This document shows positions 18,732-27,728 of a DNA stretch of 64,000 nucleotides, piece by piece. Position numbers and translations under genes: made by a program. How positions within the stretch are numbered: the first letter of the stretch is position 1; each line of letters opens with the position of its first letter. The notes beneath the pieces are model-generated. The model was not told the origin of the DNA, made no database searches, and saw only the letters and a list, made by a program, of their open reading frames with translations. Source of the stretch: an uncultured Chloroflexia bacterium (GTDB taxonomy: Bacteria; Chloroflexota; Limnocylindria; Limnocylindrales; CSP1-4); NCBI GenBank assembly GCA_963833535.1, contig CAWHYC010000006.1:41574-105573 (forward strand), in the 5' to 3' direction.

Positions 18732-20647
18732 CGGATGACTCCTCCCGTGACCGGTGCGTTGCCCAGCCCGGCCAGGCCGAGCTGCGCATCCCGATAGCTC
18801 TCCTTGTAGAGGCGTCCGTCGCTGCTCACCTCCTGCAGCTCGAACCGTTCCATGGTAATGGCGTCATAGGGGCACCGTTTGACGCACAGGGCACAGCGGA
18901 TGCAGCGCTCCTCGTCGAGGACCATGGCGGCGCCCTGATCCCAGCCGTAGGCGTCGACGAGCTCCGGCAGCGCGCCCTCGGCCTTCATCTGGCTGACGTC
19001 GATCATGTGGATGACGCCCTCGGGGCAGACGTCCGCGCAGGCTCCGCAGAGCACGCACCGGAAGGGGTCGAACCAGATGTTGTAGTTGCACATCAGGCAG
19101 CGGGTCGACTCGGCGACCGCCTCGGTCACGCCATAGCCCTGCTCGACCTGGGTGTTGAAGTTGACGACCGGGTCGGTCGAGGGGATGCGGGCGTCGAGCG
19201 GCGTCATGGGCACGTGCTGGCGCGGCAGCACGTCGTACAGCTCGGGCATCTCGTGGCGCCAGGAGCTGACGATGCGCACGTTCGCGTCGACGCGTACGGT
19301 GCTCCGGCCGGCCAGGTAGCGATCGATGGCATAGGCACACTTCTTGCCGTGACCGGCCGCCTCGATGAGCGTCGTCGGGCCGGTCACGAAGTCGCCGCAG
19401 GCGAAGACGCCCTTGACGTTCGAGGCGTAGGTGCCGGGGTCGACCTTGACCCGACCGCGGTTGATCTCGAAGCTCGACTCGACGGGCAGGAATGTGTTGT
19501 CGGCGGCCTGGCTGACGGCCGGGATGACGGTCTGAGCGGCGATCACGAACTCGGAGCCGGCGATGGGCACCGGCGAGCGGCGGCCGGTCGCGTCGGGCTC
19601 GCCGAGCCGGTTGCGGATGAAGCGCACGCCGGTCACCTTGCCGTCCTCGCCGAGCACCTCGATGGGGCTGGCCAGGAACTCCATGCGCACGCCCTCGCGC
19701 TCGGTCTCACCGAGCTCCTCCTCGTCGACGACGAGCTCGGAGCGCGTTCGCCGGTAGGCGATGGTCACGTTGGCGGCACCGTGGCGCAGGCTCGTGCGCG
19801 AGCAGTCCATGGCCGTGTAGCCGCCACCGATGACGACCACGTCGCTGCCGACCTCGAGCGCCTGACCGAGGTTCGCTTTCTTCATGAAGTCGACGCCGTA
19901 CTGGATGCCCTCGAGATCCGAGCCCGGGACGTCCAACCCGACGGGGTCCATGGCGCCGGCGCAGATGGCTATAGCATCGAATTCGGCCTGGAGCTGCTCG
20001 AACGTGATGTCGCGCCCGATGCGGGTATCGAATCGGAAGCGCACACCCAGCCGCTCGACCAGTCGGACGTCCATCTCGATCGCCTCGCGCGGCAGTCGGA
20101 AGGCGGGCACGCCGATGAGCATCGTGCCGCCCGCGAAGGGGAGCTCGTCAAAGACCGTGACCTGGTGGCCGGCCGTGGCCAGCTCGCGGGCGACGGCGAT
20201 GCCAGCCGGTCCGGCGCCGACGACGGCGACCTTCGTGTCCTGCGGCGTGATGACCGGCACCTCGTCCGGGATGCCCGACGCCTCGTGCCACTCGACGAGG
20301 AAGCGCTTCATGGCTCGGATGGCCAATGGCCGGTCGATGTCGCCGCGGCGGCAAGCACGCTCACAGGGCGCGGAGCAGACGTAGGCGCACATGGCGGCCA
20401 CCGGGTTGGGCTCGCGCGATAGCACGTAGCCCTCCTCGAAGCGGCCTTCGGCGGCCAGGTTCAGGTAGCCACGACAGTTAGTGCCGACCGGGCAGGCTTC
20501 CTGGCATTCGATGTTGCACTGAAGCCAGGACGCATTGACGGGCTGGACGAGGAAGTCCTGGTCGATAGCCACGGGCAGGTGCGACGCCTTTCCGATGCGC
20601 TGGGGGGCGGGGGTCGGGGGGCTGGCGGACAGGCCGGAATCTACCAT
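18728..20647 (-). CDS. GltD-like NAD(P)H-dependent FAD/Fe-S oxidoreductase with a C-terminal 2×[4Fe-4S] ferredoxin domain
   Basis: N-terminal Cys cluster and the dinucleotide fold VAVVGAGPAGIAVA, both typical of glutamate synthase beta / SudA. The C-terminal region carries two CxxCxxCxxxCP motifs. The stop overlaps the cyt b6 start. The ORF extends to 20758, but the internal ATG was chosen as the start. Confidence 0.8.
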   Translation of the reverse strand: MVDSGLSASPPTPAPQRIGKASHLPVAIDQDFLVQPVNASWLQCNIECQEACPVGTNCRGYLNLAAEGRFEEGYVLSREPNPVAAMCAYVCSAPCERACRRGDIDRPLAIRAMKRFLVEWHEASGIPDEVPVITPQDTKVAVVGAGPAGIAVARELATAGHQVTVFDELPFAGGTMLIGVPAFRLPREAIEMDVRLVERLGVRFRFDTRIGRDITFEQLQAEFDAIAICAGAMDPVGLDVPGSDLEGIQYGVDFMKKANLGQALEVGSDVVVIGGGYTAMDCSRTSLRHGAANVTIAYRRTRSELVVDEEELGETEREGVRMEFLASPIEVLGEDGKVTGVRFIRNRLGEPDATGRRSPVPIAGSEFVIAAQTVIPAVSQAADNTFLPVESSFEINRGRVKVDPGTYASNVKGVFACGDFVTGPTTLIEAAGHGKKCAYAIDRYLAGRSTVRVDANVRIVSSWRHEMPELYDVLPRQHVPMTPLDARIPSTDPVVNFNTQVEQGYGVTEAVAESTRCLMCNYNIWFDPFRCVLCGACADVCPEGVIHMIDVSQMKAEGALPELVDAYGWDQGAAMVLDEERCIRCALCVKRCPYDAITMERFELQEVSSDGRLYKESYRDAQLGLAGLGNAPVTGGVIR

Positions 20648-21010
20648 CCCGACCGAGCCACACGCTGACCCAAGCACCCATCGTCCGCGGAACCATGGCC
20701 CATCGCGAGGATAGTCCCCGCAGGACTGTGTGGGACCAGCAGTCCCGGTCCGCGACACGATCCGGTCCGTCCGAGGAAGGATCCACGGGCACTCGGCCCC
20801 GTACCACGGGGGTTCCCACGCGGTGACGGCTGATTTCGCGACGCTCGGGCATGAAACCGGCGCTTTGCAGTCCTACGGGGACTAGGACATCAAGTCCACG
20901 GCCGCCTCCGGTTCGCGGCGGCCGATGGTCAGGTTGACGCCCCGAGTGGTCGCAGCTACGCTCATGGCCACGATGCGAGCTGCCCAGCCCGGGTCGATCC
21001 GGATCGACCG

Positions 21011-22543
21011 GTGAATGCCGACGAGATCCTCTTCCTGGCCATCGGCCTCTGCCTCGGCATCGCCGTCGGCGCGGCGCTCCTGGACCTGGTCCGGGCGCGG
21101 CCTGCCCCGCGCGAGGTCCGCCTGACGATCACCCGCAATGCCCTGCCGGAGCGGGAGGCGGCCATCGACCTCGAGCATGCCCCGCTCGTCGAACGCATGC
21201 CGATCAGGGTGGCGCGCGGCGTCGACCCGGCGTACGCTGCCATCCGGCAGGCCGACGAGCCGGCCATGGTCGGCGCCGTGGCCGTCAGCGCGGCAGCCGC
21301 GAGGCGATCCGGTGACGCCGGAACGATGTCGGAAGGACGGACCGCGGTGGCGATGGCCGACGATGAGGGCACGATCGAGACGGGCGCGGGAGCGTCTGGC
21401 ATCGTTGGCACGCAGGAGCCGAGCCTCGGGGCCGCTCTCGATCCCGACGACCCATGTGCCGCCCAGCGACGCCTGGCCGACGAGCGTTGCGCGGTCGCCG
21501 CGCGTGCCAATGAGCAGGCCGAGGCCGCCGCCACCAACCTGAGGAACGCCAGGCGCGCCTACGACGACGTCGCACGGCGCATCGACGAGGCGCACCAGCG
21601 AACAGACCCGCGTGCCGTGGATGGCGCCAAGGAGGCCGCCCGGCACGCCTTCCGGGGCGCTCGAGAGCGGGCGTCATCCCGCGCCGACCTGGAGCTGGCG
21701 GCGACCGTCTGGCTGACCGAGATCAATCGCATCAACCTCTCGACCCGGGACGCGTCGCTGCTCATCACTCGCGAGCAGTCCGACGCCGCGCTGCTGCTGA
21801 GCTCCATCGAGCGTCAGGCGCTTGAGGCCGATGCTGCGCGCATCACCGCCGAGGCCGCCGAGGAGGCCTGCGCCGAGGCCCAGGTCGCGCTGTCGGCCTG
21901 CGCTGCTGGCGACCGGCAGGCGGCGGCTCGGCCGTCGACGGCGCCCACCACGGTGCCCCTGACCGCCGCCATCTGGGACCGGGAAGGCGGACACCAGCCG
22001 GAGATCGTCCGGCTGTTGCGCGGCGAGACCGCCGCTCGCGAGCGCCTCGTTGCCCAGCTGGCCGGCTCCGACCCCGAGGAGCAGCGGCACTACCAGCTCT
22101 GGCTCAGCGAGCTGATCGATGCCATCTTCGCCGCCAGCATCGAGACCGCCATCCTGGACTTCCCGGACGAACACCCGTTCTGGTCGGCGTTCGACCGCGC
22201 CCAGAGCCGGGACATCACGGTCGCCCTGGCCTCGCTCGGCTATCGCTTCGACGGTCTCGGCGGCTTCGCCTCGGATCGCGTGCCCGGCCAACGCGAGCTG
22301 GCCCTGGCCGTCGGCTACGCCGCCCTCGACCCGATGCGCATCCGTCAGTGGCCGACGGTGACGGAGATGCCCGAGCTCTTCGGTCAGGTGACCGTCGCCG
22401 CCGACGAGTTCCTGGCGACGCGTGCGCCGGACCTGGACCTGGGCGAGATGGTGGCCGTCCTGGGGCGTCGCTCGGAGCAGCTCTCGGAGCTCTGGAACCG
22501 CTGGGCGCAGGTCCGCCCGCTGCTCCTGCTGGTCAAGGAGTAG
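21011..22543 (+). CDS. hypothetical membrane-anchored protein with an Ala-rich coiled-coil region
   Basis: One N-terminal TM helix, a long low-complexity and coiled-coil segment, and a C-terminal globular region. There are no recognisable motifs. Confidence 0.45.
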   Translation: MNADEILFLAIGLCLGIAVGAALLDLVRARPAPREVRLTITRNALPEREAAIDLEHAPLVERMPIRVARGVDPAYAAIRQADEPAMVGAVAVSAAAARRSGDAGTMSEGRTAVAMADDEGTIETGAGASGIVGTQEPSLGAALDPDDPCAAQRRLADERCAVAARANEQAEAAATNLRNARRAYDDVARRIDEAHQRTDPRAVDGAKEAARHAFRGARERASSRADLELAATVWLTEINRINLSTRDASLLITREQSDAALLLSSIERQALEADAARITAEAAEEACAEAQVALSACAAGDRQAAARPSTAPTTVPLTAAIWDREGGHQPEIVRLLRGETAARERLVAQLAGSDPEEQRHYQLWLSELIDAIFAASIETAILDFPDEHPFWSAFDRAQSRDITVALASLGYRFDGLGGFASDRVPGQRELALAVGYAALDPMRIRQWPTVTEMPELFGQVTVAADEFLATRAPDLDLGEMVAVLGRRSEQLSELWNRWAQVRPLLLLVKE

Positions 22544-22610
22544 GCCCTTCAGGCGCGATCATGGGACCGTCGGCTGCGGCTTCCCGGGCCGGCGCCCACG
22601 CCGGCGCCGC

Positions 22611-23340
22611 TCAGTCGAGGGCGATGACCCGGAAGACCTCGGCGCCCTCCACGCCGTGCGCCTTGCCGTCCTCGGCGGCCCACTCGCGCACCCGCGATTC
22701 GAGCATCTCGGGCTCACGGACCTGGCTGCGGTGCTCGCGCAGGGCGGCGATCTTGCGCTCGAGGGTTGCGCTCACGTCGACCCACGCGGTGGGCTGCTCG
22801 GTCCAGAAGAGGATCAACCGACCGACCGCGTGGGCAGCTAGGCCCTCGCGCGCCAGATGCGGGAAGGCCATCGGGTTGCGCGCGGCCGGATAGACGGCGT
22901 CGACCGCCGCCATCGCGGCCGCACGGTGATCCGTGTGCTGGATGTAACCGTCGGCGTGGAACAGGATGGTCGGGTCGAAGGTCAGCACCGCGTCCGGACG
23001 AGCCGTCCGGATGCTGCGCACGAGCTGCTCGCGCAGCGCCAGGTCGTTCTCCAGGGCTCCGTCTGGCCGATGCAGGAAGGTCACCTCGCGATAGCCGATG
23101 ATCGCCGCCGCGGATCGCTGCTCGGCTTCGCGCAGGCGCGCCAGCTCAAGAGGGTCGGTGGCCGGATCGTCGGCCCCGGCGTCGCCGCTCGTGCAGCACA
23201 CGAGGTCGCCGACCGAACCTTCGTCGATCCACCGGGCGACCGTCGCCGCCGGTCCGAAATCCGCGTCGTCGGGGTGGGCGACGATGACCATGAAGCGCTC
23301 CGGTCGGTCGGTCAGCGGTGTCAGCTCGTCAGCCGTCATG
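22611..23340 (-). CDS. PIG-L/LmbE-family N-acetylglucosaminyl deacetylase
   Basis: Zinc-binding motif AHPDDAD and the HxDH region. Confidence 0.75.
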
Positions 23341-23493
23341 ATCGACCGAGGCACCCGCCAGGCGGTCCGGCGCGGCCTGGGGCCGGTCGGCTGGAACGGC
23401 TTTGCATGCCGCGATGCGCCTTTGATAGACTCCGCTCCGAGGCGTCGCTCGTTTCCCCCCACGAGCGATGCCTCGCTCGATCCCGGCCCCCCA

Positions 23494-23979
23494 TCAGCCT
23501 GCGCGGACGGCGTCGATGACCGCCAGGACCTCGCTCGGGTGGCCCTCGGGCTTGACCTTCTCCCACGTCCTCGCGATACGCCCGTCGGCGTCGATAAGGA
23601 AGGTGCGACGCGCCACGCCCATGTAGGTGCGGCCGTTTTGCTGCTTCTCGACCCAGCTCCCGTAGGCGTCGGCGACGGCGTGATCGGCGTCGATCAGCAG
23701 TGGGAACCCCAGGCCGTACTTGGCGCGGAAGGCGGCCTTGCTGGCAGCGCCCTGCGGGCTCACGCCCCAGACGACGGCATCCCGCTGGCCGAACTCGGAT
23801 GCCGCATCGCGGAAGCCACAGGCCTCGGTCGTGCAGCCCGGCGTGTCGTCCTTGGGGTAGAAGTAGAGGACGACCCAGTGGCCACGCTGTTCGGCCAGGC
23901 GATGGATGACGCCGTCGCCATCCGCCAGGGCGATGTCTGGCGCGACCTGACCGGGCTGGGGGACGACGGGCTCGCTCAC
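23494..23979 (-). CDS. bcp: peroxiredoxin Bcp (thiol peroxidase)
   Basis: Active site PKDDTPGCTTEAC with peroxidatic and resolving Cys. Confidence 0.85.
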   Translation of the reverse strand: MSEPVVPQPGQVAPDIALADGDGVIHRLAEQRGHWVVLYFYPKDDTPGCTTEACGFRDAASEFGQRDAVVWGVSPQGAASKAAFRAKYGLGFPLLIDADHAVADAYGSWVEKQQNGRTYMGVARRTFLIDADGRIARTWEKVKPEGHPSEVLAVIDAVRAG

Positions 23980-24054
23980 CGGCGGAAGTCTACCGCGACC
24001 CTCCGTCGGGCACGCGCGGCCGTGAGGCTGACCCGGCCCCGGCGAACCGGTCCG

Positions 24055-24786
24055 TCAGGCGATGACCGTTGGCCCGATCACGACCGCCAGGATCGCGGCA
24101 GCGCCGACCCCCACCAGCAGGTCGCGAGCGCTCCAGGCCAGCGGTCGATAGGCCGTGCGGCGGCCCTGCCCGAAACCGCGGGCATCCATGGCCACGCCCA
24201 GTCGCTCCGCATGCCGGATGGCCAGCACCAGGAGCGCCACGAGCAGGCGCGGATGGAGGTCGGCGCGCAGCCCGCGCAGGGCACGTGCCTCCCGCAGGGC
24301 CCGCAGATCGCCCGCTAGGCGCGGCAATGCGCCATAGGCCGCCAGGGCGCCGAAGGCGAAGCGGTCGGAGACGCCCGCTTGCTGGACGAGGCTGTCGACG
24401 AGGGCGGTCGGGCTCGTCGTCGTCGCGTACGCGATGCTGATGGCCCCGATGGCGAGCAGGCGAGCCCCGACCAGCAGCCCCGCCTCGACCCCGGCGACGG
24501 AGATGACGATGGGGCCGACCTCGACCACCGAGACGGCGTCGGGTCGCCCGTTGCCGACGGCGAAGATGGTCGCGAAGAGGGCGACGCCGCAGGCGGCGAT
24601 AGCGAGCGGCGCCAGGCCCCGCAGGATGACGCGCATCGGCACCGAGCCGAGCGAGACGGCCGCCAGCAGGCCGGCCAGCCCCAGGATCAGCGATGCGCGC
24701 GGATCGGGCGTCACCACGACACCGAGCAGCCAGGCCACGACGACGAGCAGCTTGACCACGGCGCTCGTTCGGCCGAGGAGCGTCAT
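24055..24786 (-). CDS. ecfT: ECF transporter T component (EcfT/CbiQ)
   Basis: Five or six TM segments and the EcfT coupling-helix region ALRGLRAD. Confidence 0.75.
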   Translation of the reverse strand: MTLLGRTSAVVKLLVVVAWLLGVVVTPDPRASLILGLAGLLAAVSLGSVPMRVILRGLAPLAIAACGVALFATIFAVGNGRPDAVSVVEVGPIVISVAGVEAGLLVGARLLAIGAISIAYATTTSPTALVDSLVQQAGVSDRFAFGALAAYGALPRLAGDLRALREARALRGLRADLHPRLLVALLVLAIRHAERLGVAMDARGFGQGRRTAYRPLAWSARDLLVGVGAAAILAVVIGPTVIA

Positions 24787-24838
24787 GGATCGCGTGTCGT
24801 CGGCTGGCCCGATGCCGATCACGGGTCGCCCCGCTCGA

Positions 24839-26290
24839 TCACGGCGCGCCGCGTTCGTGCAGCCGGCCACCGTCCAGCTCCAGGACACGATCCGCGAAGG
24901 CGGCCACGAAGCGCGCGTCGTGCGAGACCGCCACGACGGCCATCCCATCGTCGGCACGCGACCGCAGCAGGTCGAGGAGCGCGATCACGCCGTGCCGGTC
25001 CTGGGCGAAAGTGGGCTCGTCCAGGACGAGGAGCCGCGGCCGACGCAGGAGTGCCGGGGCCAGCGACAGCCGGCGCTGCTCACCGCCGGACAACCGGTAG
25101 GGCGAGCGCGGCCCGAAGATCTCGAGCGGCAGTCCGAGCTCGGCCATCAGCGTAGCCGTGGCCGACGCCAGCTCGGGCGTTCCTGGCAGCCCCAGACGGA
25201 CCTCTTCGTCGACCGTCGTGGCCAGGAAGCCGAGCTCGGGGTCCTGGAAGACGAGGCCCGCCAGCGCCGCCCGTTCGCCCGCTGGTCGGCCATAAGGGGC
25301 GATGCCGCCGATCGCGATCTGGCCGGCATCCTGCTGCACGAGGCCGACCAGGAGCCGTGCCAGGGTCGACTTGCCGCTGCCGTTGGCGCCGACGATGGCC
25401 ACGCGTTCGCCGGCCGCGACAGCCAGCCCGAGGCCGCGAAGCACGGGCGGTCCACCGCGATAGGCGTAGACCAGGTCGCGCACCTCGACGAGCGGTCGGT
25501 CGCCGTCCCCGGCGGGCGACAGACCGGCGCGCACGACGGCGGACGGCCTGGCGCTCGGCGCGGGTTCGAGCCAGCGCGGCAGCCAGACGCCAGCCTCGAT
25601 CAGCTCGGCCGCCTGGCCCGCCGCCACATCGCCTGGGTTGCCACATGCCAAAGGCCGACCATCTCGACCCAGGACGAGCAGCCGATCGGCGAGCGCCCAG
25701 ACATCGTCGACGCGGTGCTCGACGACGACCATCGTCGCCGTGCCGCCGGCCTTGAGGACAGCCAGGCGCGAGATGAAAGCCGCCGCAGCAGCCGGATCGA
25801 GGTTCGCCGTCGGCTCATCGAGCACCAACAGCGCGGGCTCCGGCGCCAGGGCACCGGCCAACGCCAGCCGTTGGCGCTGCCCACCCGATAGCATGGCAGC
25901 GACTGCCCGTCGGCGATCGGCCAGCCCGACGTCATCCAACGCCTCGGGCACACGACGCCGCATCCGGTCCAGCGGCCAGCCGCGCGACTCGAGACCGAAG
26001 GCGACGTCGTCCTCGACGCGCTCCATGACCAGCTGTCGATCGGCGTCCTGGAAGACCAGCCCGCGATCGCCGCTGCCACACTCCAGGGTGCCCAAGGCTC
26101 GCCCTGGGATGTCGCCACCAAGGAGGCCGGCCAGACCGAGTGCCAGCGTGCTCTTGCCCGATCCGCTCGGACCGAGGACCAGCATGACCTCGCCCGGCGC
26201 GAGGTCGATGTCGACGTCCTGGACGGCCGGTCGCTCGGCTCCGGCGAAGCGAAAGCCGTACCCTTCGGCGTGGATCGAGGCCGCCGTCAG
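24839..26290 (-). CDS. ecfA: ECF transporter fused ATPase (EcfA–EcfA' duplicated ABC domains)
   Basis: Two Walker A sites (GPSGSGKST and GANGSGKST) and two LSGGQ signatures. The N-terminal about 35 aa lack a canonical start codon in frame, so the 5' end is uncertain (CTG/ATC candidates). Confidence 0.75.
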   Translation of the reverse strand: MTAASIHAEGYGFRFAGAERPAVQDVDIDLAPGEVMLVLGPSGSGKSTLALGLAGLLGGDIPGRALGTLECGSGDRGLVFQDADRQLVMERVEDDVAFGLESRGWPLDRMRRRVPEALDDVGLADRRRAVAAMLSGGQRQRLALAGALAPEPALLVLDEPTANLDPAAAAAFISRLAVLKAGGTATMVVVEHRVDDVWALADRLLVLGRDGRPLACGNPGDVAAGQAAELIEAGVWLPRWLEPAPSARPSAVVRAGLSPAGDGDRPLVEVRDLVYAYRGGPPVLRGLGLAVAAGERVAIVGANGSGKSTLARLLVGLVQQDAGQIAIGGIAPYGRPAGERAALAGLVFQDPELGFLATTVDEEVRLGLPGTPELASATATLMAELGLPLEIFGPRSPYRLSGGEQRRLSLAPALLRRPRLLVLDEPTFAQDRHGVIALLDLLRSRADDGMAVVAVSHDARFVAAFADRVLELDGGRLHERGAP

Positions 26291-26850
26291 GGCGTCGCCT
26301 CAGGCAGCGCCCCCGATCGTCGGACGGCGCGCTCGATGGCCATCGCCGCCAGCGGCAGGACGATCGCCCCGGAGATCGCCATCGCGATGGCGATGGCCAG
26401 CACGGCCTCGGGTGCGTAGTCGCGGTAGTAGACCGCCCAGTCGTGGACGAAGGCTGCGGCCGTCGCGGCCAGCGACGCTGCCACGACGACCGGCAGGTCG
26501 TAGCGGCGATACCGAGTAGCGGCGAAGACCAGCTCCGCCGCGGTGCCCTGCAGGAGGCCAGATACGAGCGTGTCCACCGCCCACTGCGAGCCCAGGAACA
26601 TCGACACGAAGGCCGCCACGAGCTCGGCGAAGATCGCCGCGCCGGGCTTGCGGACGAGAAGTGGCGCCACGATCGCCGGCAGCAGCCAGCCCGCGTAGAG
26701 GACCGACTGCGCCGGGCCGAGGACGGCCAGGCCGGCCCACACCAACCCGAACGCCCAGAAGAAGACGCCGAAGGCGACGGCGATGACGGCCACGACCAGG
26801 ATGTCGCGGGTCTGCCAACGCGCATCGACCGGGGGATCGGTGGTGGTCAC
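26287..26850 (-). CDS. ECF transporter S (substrate-specific) component, thiamine-related by context
   Basis: About 188 aa with six TM segments. GTG start overlapping the TPK stop. It lies between the TPK and EcfA genes, downstream of a TPP riboswitch. Confidence 0.6.
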   Translation of the reverse strand: MTTTDPPVDARWQTRDILVVAVIAVAFGVFFWAFGLVWAGLAVLGPAQSVLYAGWLLPAIVAPLLVRKPGAAIFAELVAAFVSMFLGSQWAVDTLVSGLLQGTAAELVFAATRYRRYDLPVVVAASLAATAAAFVHDWAVYYRDYAPEAVLAIAIAMAISGAIVLPLAAMAIERAVRRSGALPEATP

Positions 26851-27539
26851 GGGAGCACCTCCGGATGAGCGACGACCTCGATGACGAGCAGCCGGCCGGA
26901 TGCCACGCGGATGCGTGTGGCCGTGGTCGTTCGAACGTTGGACAGGCCGCGTGTCGAGCCGGCCGGCAGTGGCTCCGCCGCCAGCGGGTAGGCCAGCCCG
27001 TCCGTGCGAACGGCGCCGACGTCGCCACCGCTGGGCAGCAGGCTGACCAGGTCCCCCACCCGACCCGCCAGAGTCACGTCGGCCGGGCCACGAACCAGGC
27101 GTGTCCGACTGACCCCATCGAGGAGGACGACGTCGCTGCCGGCCAGCTCGGCCAGGCCCAGCAGCCCGACATTGGCCAGGGCGTGGTCCGGGCGCCGCCC
27201 GCCCAACGCGCCGAGGATGACGATACGGCCAGGTCGATGGCGAAGGGCGGCGCGCACGGCAAGCTCGGTGTCTGAGGCGTCCTTGTCGCGCGGCCACGTT
27301 TCGATCCCGACGCCGGCGGCCCGTAGCGCCGCCAGGCGGTCGTCGTCGATCGAGTCGAGATCGCCGACCAGCTCGTCGACCGCGAGCCCCAGCTGCGCGG
27401 CGCCATGAGCACCGCCATCCGCTGCCACGACCAGGCGGCGGCCATCGCTCCAGCCAGGCCAGGCGGCGTCGATCACCGCTCGCTGAGGGACCGCGCCACC
27501 GGCGACCACGACGGCGACATCGGGGACGTCGGCGGTCAT
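26847..27539 (-). CDS. thiamine pyrophosphokinase
   Basis: TPK catalytic-domain motifs (VVAADGGA, LGALGGRRPDH) and the C-terminal thiamine-binding domain. Confidence 0.8.
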   Translation of the reverse strand: MTADVPDVAVVVAGGAVPQRAVIDAAWPGWSDGRRLVVAADGGAHGAAQLGLAVDELVGDLDSIDDDRLAALRAAGVGIETWPRDKDASDTELAVRAALRHRPGRIVILGALGGRRPDHALANVGLLGLAELAGSDVVLLDGVSRTRLVRGPADVTLAGRVGDLVSLLPSGGDVGAVRTDGLAYPLAAEPLPAGSTRGLSNVRTTTATRIRVASGRLLVIEVVAHPEVLP

Positions 27540-27617
27540 GCGGCCACGCTGGTGGCGGGTGGTTCGGTCACGGACACGGTCGACCTCCGGATGCTCACGG
27601 GACGGAGGTCGCGTGGA

Positions 27618-27706
27618 GACTCCCTTCGCTGGTACGAACCAGATCAGGTTCCGAGGGTCTGCGGGCGAGCCGCACTCTCAGCGCCTTTCGGCGCTCCCCT
27701 GTCCCA
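27618..27706 (-). promoter_or_regulatory. TPP (THI-box) riboswitch
   Basis: The minus-strand sequence is gggacaggggagcgcc..ggcgcugagag...acccucggaaccugaucugguucguaccagcgaagggag. It matches the conserved CUGAGA, ACCC-GAACCUGAUC and ACCAGCG-AGGGA elements. It lies about 80 nt upstream of the TPK start. Confidence 0.85.
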
Positions 27707-27728
27707 TCTTCGTGCTGGTCGCCGGATG

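Noticed and set aside
20759-21010. 252-bp intergenic region between the divergent GltD-like and hypothetical genes, as a possible small RNA or riboswitch
   Set aside because: I could not recognise any conserved element or convincing hairpin or terminator by eye. It is probably just a divergent promoter region. This remains unverified.
24839-26185. Possibility that the fused ECF ATPase (ecfAA') is itself frameshifted like the downstream catabolic genes
   Set aside because: Both ABC domains, with all motifs, lie in a single continuous frame. Only the extreme N-terminus lacks a start codon, and this is reported separately.
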